A stretch of 60,753 nucleotides of DNA from Candidatus Hydrogenedentota bacterium (GTDB taxonomy: Bacteria > Hydrogenedentota > Hydrogenedentia > Hydrogenedentales > CAITNO01): the NCBI GenBank assembly GCA_903822375.1, contig CAIJOU010000830.1, positions 1 to 60,753 on the forward strand, given 5' to 3'. The notes under the pieces were generated by a model. The model worked only from the letters and a program-made list of their open reading frames with translations. It did not search any database and was not told the DNA's origin. Positions 60,380 through 60,753 of this stretch are shown here, in pieces (the stretch's first letter is position 1; the number at the start of each line of letters is the position of its first letter). Made by a program: the position numbers and the translations under genes.

Positions 60380-60753
60380 ATGCTTAAGGAACGCTACCCG
60401 TACTATCTTGCGAACAAGCCGGTGCAGGCCAACACCGATCTGGAGGTCATAGACAAATACACCGGCGCCGTGGCCACACGCGTGGCGATGGCCGACGCGA
60501 CCGCCATCGACGCCGCCATAGCCGCGGCCGTCAAGGCCGCGGAGCCGATGGCGCGCATGGCCGGCTATGAACGGCAGGCCGTGCTGGAACACTGCGTGAC
60601 GCGGTTCAAGGAGCGCTTCGAGGAACTTGCCTACTCCCTGTGCGTGGAGGGCGGCAAGCCGATCCGCGACAGCCGCGGCGAGGTGGCCCGCCTGATCGAC
60701 ACCTTCAAAGTGGCCGCTGAATGCGCGGTCAACATCGGCGGCGAGGTCATACC
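60380..60753 (+). CDS. Aldehyde dehydrogenase family protein, 5' part only (runs off the window)
   Basis: Absent from the ORF track (no stop in the window). MLKERYPYYLANKPVQ...LEVIDKYTGAVATRVAMAD..ERQAVLEHCVTRFKERFEELA..EGGKPIRDSRGEV is typical of the ALDH N-terminal region. GGGAGAAG RBS. Confidence 0.7.
   Translation, partial: MLKERYPYYLANKPVQANTDLEVIDKYTGAVATRVAMADATAIDAAIAAAVKAAEPMARMAGYERQAVLEHCVTRFKERFEELAYSLCVEGGKPIRDSRGEVARLIDTFKVAAECAVNIGGEVI

Overview
This is a high-GC (~60-65%) bacterial chromosomal window that is densely coding on both strands. All calls rest on motif and family recognition by eye; no searches were run. The gene content (a DUF1559 pseudopilin-like protein, sulfatases, FGE-domain proteins, an ELWxxDGT repeat protein) suggests a PVC-type or related candidate-phylum organism, but that is inference only.

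Gene content from left to right:
- 1-3121: two sulfatases. The first is partial and absent from the ORF track.
- 3293-10138: a pseudopilin-like protein, an MFS/GPH transporter with a large loop insertion, a Tat amidohydrolase, an SDR epimerase and a TPP enzyme.
- 10275-17399: a sulfur module. It holds cysE, cysM, a JAMM protease, a CysO-MoeZ-rhodanese fusion, a Family 2A encapsulin shell and a cysteine desulfurase cargo carrying the LARLANEYFS loading motif.
- 17543-17878: a nitrilase remnant.
- 18019-22871: a 5-gene minus-strand operon with a Tat protein, three phage-tail-collar paralogs and an ELWxxDGT/PASTA surface protein.
- 23085-27375: a GNAT, then a lipoprotein made of 17 tandem PASTA domains.
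- 27473-32504: a cobalamin-type radical SAM gene and three glycosyltransferases.
- 32935-36888: a 3-gene operon. A DUF2207-like membrane protein ends in an (A-C-H-D/S)n Cys/His ladder. Its stop codon overlaps the start of an RRE-radical SAM/SPASM enzyme, which is followed by a polytopic membrane protein.
- 37081-38635: an FGE pseudogene and an intact PKD-FGE lipoprotein.
- 38808-42554: a membrane protein gene bracketed by a duplicated 3' end of an MtaA/UroD-family gene.
- 42608-49992: three tandem YfhO-like paralogs.
- 50188-54684: a secreted hydrolase, an MtaB homolog and an AraC regulator.
- 54742-55075: five non-coding 66-68-bp tandem repeats.
- 55231-60753: an HtrA protease paired with a Ser-less HtrA paralog, a lipoprotein, an acetolactate-synthase-like enzyme and a partial aldehyde dehydrogenase.

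The best candidate for an undescribed system is the Cys/His-tail protein plus radical SAM/SPASM operon at 32935-36888. No rRNA, tRNA, CRISPR array, transposase or integrase was recognised.
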